A stretch of 64,000 nucleotides of DNA. It comes from an uncultured Chloroflexia bacterium. Lineage in GTDB: Bacteria; Chloroflexota; Limnocylindria; Limnocylindrales; CSP1-4. The notes under the pieces were generated by a model. That model was not told the DNA's origin and did not search any database. It saw only the letters and a program-made list of their open reading frames with translations. Shown here piece after piece: positions 60,668-64,000 of the stretch. The first letter of the stretch is position 1. The number at the start of each line of letters is the position of its first letter. The stretch covers positions 78,824-142,823 of the forward strand of contig CAVTMH010000001.1 in the NCBI GenBank assembly GCA_963735785.1, given 5' to 3'. Made by a program: the position numbers and the translations under genes.

Positions 60668-61338
60668 GCGCCCTCCATCTTGTCGCTGGATCCCGCGGCT
60701 TCCGCGACGTCTCGTGCCTCCGCGGTCTCCGCTGGTCGTTCCGCGGCCCGTATGGTCTCCGCGTCCTCCGTCGGTTCGTCCGCCCGTCGGTAGAACGTCA
60801 GCGCCGTCTCCCCGAACCGGCGGCTACGGTCCGATGCTAGCAGCCTCACCCTCGCCGGCGGAGCGTCGCGCCAGAAGTGCTTGGCGACCACGCGGGCCGC
60901 CGGGGCGAGGAGTGGGCCGACGGCGTCGAGCGCGGCGACCAGGACCTCGGCGTCCCCATACGGTGGGTCGAGGAAGACGACGCCGCGAGCAGGCTCCGCC
61001 GCGCGGGCGGGATCCCGCAGCCAGGCGAGGACGTCATGCCTTGTGACCGTGGCGCGGTCCGCCAGGCCCGTCCGCTGCAGGTTGGCCTTGATGGTCCGGA
61101 CCGCGCTCGCGTCGCGCTCCACGAAGGTGGCGTGGGCGGCGCCCCGTGACAGCGCCTCGATGCCGGCCGCCCCGCTGCCCGCGAAAAGGTCCAGGACCGT
61201 GGCCCCGCGCAGGTCCGGTTCGAGGATGGCGAAGAGCGTCTGCTTGACCCGATCGCCGAGCGGGCGGGTCCCCTCACCCGGCGCCTCCAGGCGGATCGAC
61301 CGGGCCGTGCCCGCGATGACCCGACCGGCGTCAGCCAC
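60664..61338 (-). CDS. rsmD: 16S rRNA m2G966 methyltransferase
   Basis: RVIAG, LDLFAGSG..GIEALSRGA and FLDPPY. Confidence 0.93.
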   Translation of the reverse strand: MADAGRVIAGTARSIRLEAPGEGTRPLGDRVKQTLFAILEPDLRGATVLDLFAGSGAAGIEALSRGAAHATFVERDASAVRTIKANLQRTGLADRATVTRHDVLAWLRDPARAAEPARGVVFLDPPYGDAEVLVAALDAVGPLLAPAARVVAKHFWRDAPPARVRLLASDRSRRFGETALTFYRRADEPTEDAETIRAAERPAETAEARDVAEAAGSSDKMEGA

Positions 61339-61617
61339 GGACGGCCAGGCCACGAGGCATCTGGGCACGATGTGCACCCCACGAGAATTCGGGCGATCGA
61401 CGCTGGTCGAACGGCGCGAACCATGTCCGGATCGTGCTCAATGCGCACCTAACGGCGAACGGAACGCGCCAAACGACCCCTCGTTCGCCAAGGGGTGTGC
61501 CCCACGCTCGGATTGCCCTCGAATGGCGGCCCGTCGGCCGCTCGCTCTCCCGAAGGTGCGTCATGCGCACACGACGGGACTCGGCATCAGGGAGTAGCCG
61601 CGCGGGTCTGGCCGCCC
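61339..61617. repeat. Long imperfect fold-back element
   Basis: Ends 61339-61358 and 61597-61617 are imperfect inverses; inner GGCGAACG (61454-61461) pairs with CGTTCGCC (61482-61489). Confidence 0.6.
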
Positions 61618-61627
61618 TTGTCCCGCT

Positions 61628-61658
61628 GTCACGTGCCGCTCGCCGGTTCCGCGGCCAC
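61628..61658. repeat. 31-bp exact direct repeat of the recG 3' end (other copy 61952-61982)
   Basis: GTCACGTGCCGCTCGCCGGTTCCGCGGCCAC occurs twice. Confidence 0.95.
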
Positions 61659-61689
61659 GAACCGCCCGCCGCGCCTCGGGTGCCCCTGA

Positions 61690-61922
61690 GACGTCGCGTC
61701 ATTGCATCCCCAAACGTTCGACACCGCCTTGCGCCAAACGCACATTCCGACGGCCGCGAGCACGGGACTCGGGCGTCATGTTGCGCGCGGCGCACAAGAC
61801 CGACGTTCTCACCTGTACCCGACGCCGGATCGGTCGCATCCGTGTGTCTCGTGCAAGGATCTGACTTGGTAGGCCGGGTCGCGAGCGTCCTCGGCGGAGA
61901 AATGTGCAATTGACGCAACGTC
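61690..61922. repeat. Long imperfect fold-back element
   Basis: GACGTCGCGTCATTGCA (61690-61706) versus TGCAATTGACGCAACGTC (61905-61922); inner TTGCGCGCGGCGCAC pairs with GTGTGTCTCGTGCAA. Confidence 0.7.
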
Positions 61923-61952
61923 GATGGCCGTGGAGCGCCCGCAGCGGGTCCG

Positions 61953-64000
61953 TCACGTGCCGCTCGCCGGTTCCGCGGCCACCAGATGGCGGAGCCAGCC
62001 GCGTTCCAGCTCCGCGGCGAGCAATGACTGCGGAGGAGCCATCGCACCCTCGGCGTCCAGCAGGGTTTCGGCATGAGCCCGCGCCCGCGCGGCGAGGTCG
62101 CGATGGGCCTTGTTCTGGAGCGACGCGACGCGCAAGCGCGGCAGACCGCTCTGAGCGAGTCCCAGGACGTTCCCCTCCCTGCGCAGCTCGAAGTCCTTCT
62201 CGGCCAGGGCGAACCCGTCGTGCGTCTCGGCGACCGCCTTCAAACGAGCCTGGGCCACCTCGTCGCTCGACTCCGATACCAGCACGCAGTACGACTCGAC
62301 GGAGCCCCGGCCGACACGACCACGCAGCTGATGGAGCTGTGCCAGACCGAACCGATCGGCCCCCTGGATGACCATCATCGTTGCAGCCGGGACGTCGACG
62401 CCGACCTCCACCACTGTCGTGCCGACCAGCACGTCAAGCTCGCCGTCCCGGAACCGGGTCATCTCGGCATCTCGTTCGGCCGGCTTCATCCGTCCATGGA
62501 CCATTCCAACTCGGAGCGGGTCGAGCACGGCGCGTAAGCGGACCGCCTCGCTCTCGGCGGCGACCGCACCATCCGTCTCGTCCAGACCTTCTTCGATGAG
62601 TGGGACCACCACGAAGGTCCGGTGACCAAGCGCGGCTTCCTCCCCGACCTTGCGCCACGTCCCATCGAGCTCATCCGGGCGACGGATGCCGGTCCGGATC
62701 TGGACCCGCCCGGCCGGCGGCGTCCGGAGGTCGGAGACGTCGAGGTCGGCGTAGAGGACCTGTCCGAGGGTCCGCGGGATCGGCGTCGCGGTCATCAGGA
62801 GCACGTGTGGCGAACGCCCACCGGCCTTGGCCTCGAGCTGTCCGCGCTGGTCGACCCCGAACCGGTGCTGCTCGTCGATGATGACGAGGCCCAGGTCGGC
62901 GAATGAGACCGCATCCTGGATGAGGGCATGCGTCCCGACGACCACGAGCGCCTGACCGGACGCGATGGCCTCTTGCGCCTTCGCCTTCACATCGGCCTTG
63001 AGCGAGCCCGTCAAGAGGGTCACGCCGATGCCGACGCCTTCGAGCAGGGCGCCGACGGACTCGAGGTGCTGTCGGGCCAGCAGGTCGGTCGGCGCCAACA
63101 GGGCGCCCTGAAGCCCCGCCCGGGCCGTGGCCGCCAGGGCATATGCCGCGACCGCTGTCTTGCCCGAGCCGACGTCGCCTTGGAGGAGGCGGAGCATCGG
63201 GGTCGGCCGCGCGAGATCATCGCGGATCTCTGCCATCGCGGAGACCTGATCGACCGTCAAGTCGATCGGTCGCCCGACCCGCGCCCCGATCGCGTCGACG
63301 AGCGCCGTCCGGACGGCCTCGTCGGCAGTCGCGTCGAGGGTCACGACCGGTGCCGCATAACGGACCTGTTGACGACGACGCTGGACCATCCCGAGCTGGA
63401 GCGCGAGGAGCTCGTCGAAGGCGAGCCGGTCGAGCGCCGCGTCGCGGCCCTCGAAGGTCTCGGGGTAGTGGGCCTCCTCGATCGCTCGGGCGATCGGCGC
63501 GAGTCGCTCCTCGGCCAGGATCGACGGTGGCAGGTACTCGGGATAGGCGTGCCCGGCCTTGTCGAGCGCCTCGCGGATCGCGCTCCGAAGGCGGGCCGCG
63601 GGAAGCCCCGAAGTCAGCGGGTACACCGGCACGATCCGACCCGCGTGGAGGATCTCGGTCTCGCCGGCGAGCACCTCGAACTCGGGATTGTCCAGGGTCA
63701 GCCTGCGGCCGAAGTGCTTGACTTTCCCGGACACGACCACTTCCCCACCGACCGGAAGGCGCCGTTCGATGAAGCGCCGTCCGAACCAGGTCGCGTCGAT
63801 GCTGCCGGTGTCATCCTCCAGCCGCGCGATCGTTCGCTGGATCCGCCCCCGGAACCCTGGCTGCACGCGAACGTCGCCAACGGTCGCCTGGACCGACACG
63901 ACGGTGCCGTCCTGTTCCATGTAGAGATCGCGAACCTTGCGCATCTCGCGCAGGTCGTCGTAGCGGCGGGGCAGGTGGAACAGGAGATCGCGGACGGTGT
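61953..64000 (-). CDS. recG: ATP-dependent DNA helicase RecG (5' end outside the window)
   Basis: LLQGDVGSGKT, DEQHRFG, MTATPIPRTL and QLHQLRGRVGRG. Confidence 0.97.
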   Translation of the reverse strand, partial: TVRDLLFHLPRRYDDLREMRKVRDLYMEQDGTVVSVQATVGDVRVQPGFRGRIQRTIARLEDDTGSIDATWFGRRFIERRLPVGGEVVVSGKVKHFGRRLTLDNPEFEVLAGETEILHAGRIVPVYPLTSGLPAARLRSAIREALDKAGHAYPEYLPPSILAEERLAPIARAIEEAHYPETFEGRDAALDRLAFDELLALQLGMVQRRRQQVRYAAPVVTLDATADEAVRTALVDAIGARVGRPIDLTVDQVSAMAEIRDDLARPTPMLRLLQGDVGSGKTAVAAYALAATARAGLQGALLAPTDLLARQHLESVGALLEGVGIGVTLLTGSLKADVKAKAQEAIASGQALVVVGTHALIQDAVSFADLGLVIIDEQHRFGVDQRGQLEAKAGGRSPHVLLMTATPIPRTLGQVLYADLDVSDLRTPPAGRVQIRTGIRRPDELDGTWRKVGEEAALGHRTFVVVPLIEEGLDETDGAVAAESEAVRLRAVLDPLRVGMVHGRMKPAERDAEMTRFRDGELDVLVGTTVVEVGVDVPAATMMVIQGADRFGLAQLHQLRGRVGRGSVESYCVLVSESSDEVAQARLKAVAETHDGFALAEKDFELRREGNVLGLAQSGLPRLRVASLQNKAHRDLAARARAHAETLLDAEGAMAPPQSLLAAELERGWLRHLVAAEPASGT

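Noticed and set aside
61331-62074. ORFs spanning the recG-rsmD gap
   Set aside because: No protein-like composition or motifs; the region is explained by palindromes and a direct repeat.

Overview
High-GC bacterial chromosome segment. Gene order and protein style suggest a Terrabacteria lineage, most likely Chloroflexota (inference). Bases 1-12.8 kb hold accessory metabolic genes: MFS transporter, PLP decarboxylase, Gfo/Idh/MocA oxidoreductase, YnjE-type sulfurtransferase, GNAT, MBL hydrolase, pirin, methyltransferase, TPP enzyme and yajQ. From 12.8 to 64 kb runs a long, almost entirely minus-strand housekeeping block: recG-rsmD-coaD-DivIVA-like-yceD-rpmF-plsX-asp23-nusB-acpP-rnc-smc-ftsY, ffh-DUF3352-rpsP-khpA-rimM-trmD-rplS-rnhB-yraN, rpsB-tsf-pyrH-frr-uppS-cdsA-dxr-rseP-ispG, nusA-ylxR-infB-rbfA-nrnA-truB-ribF-like, and rpsO-pnp-asd-udg-rnj-ftsK-rodZ-like-cinA-murC. 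I saw no rRNA, tRNA, CRISPR array or transposase. Highlights: (1) a PNPase with a complete DEDDh 3'-5' exonuclease domain, catalytic residues intact, inserted in its helical linker; (2) an unannotated Cys-rich leader peptide with a trp-style 1:2/2:3/3:4 attenuator upstream of the sulfurtransferase; (3) four long imperfect fold-back elements in intergenic gaps, one flanked by a 31-bp duplication of the recG 3' end; (4) beta-clamp-type motifs on UDG and on an RNase HII that has lost its GRG motif; (5) three genes that appear to need non-canonical start codons (GTA, CTG, ATC). The frameshift cluster at 13.6-16.7 kb and the single shift in pirin look like sequencing errors.
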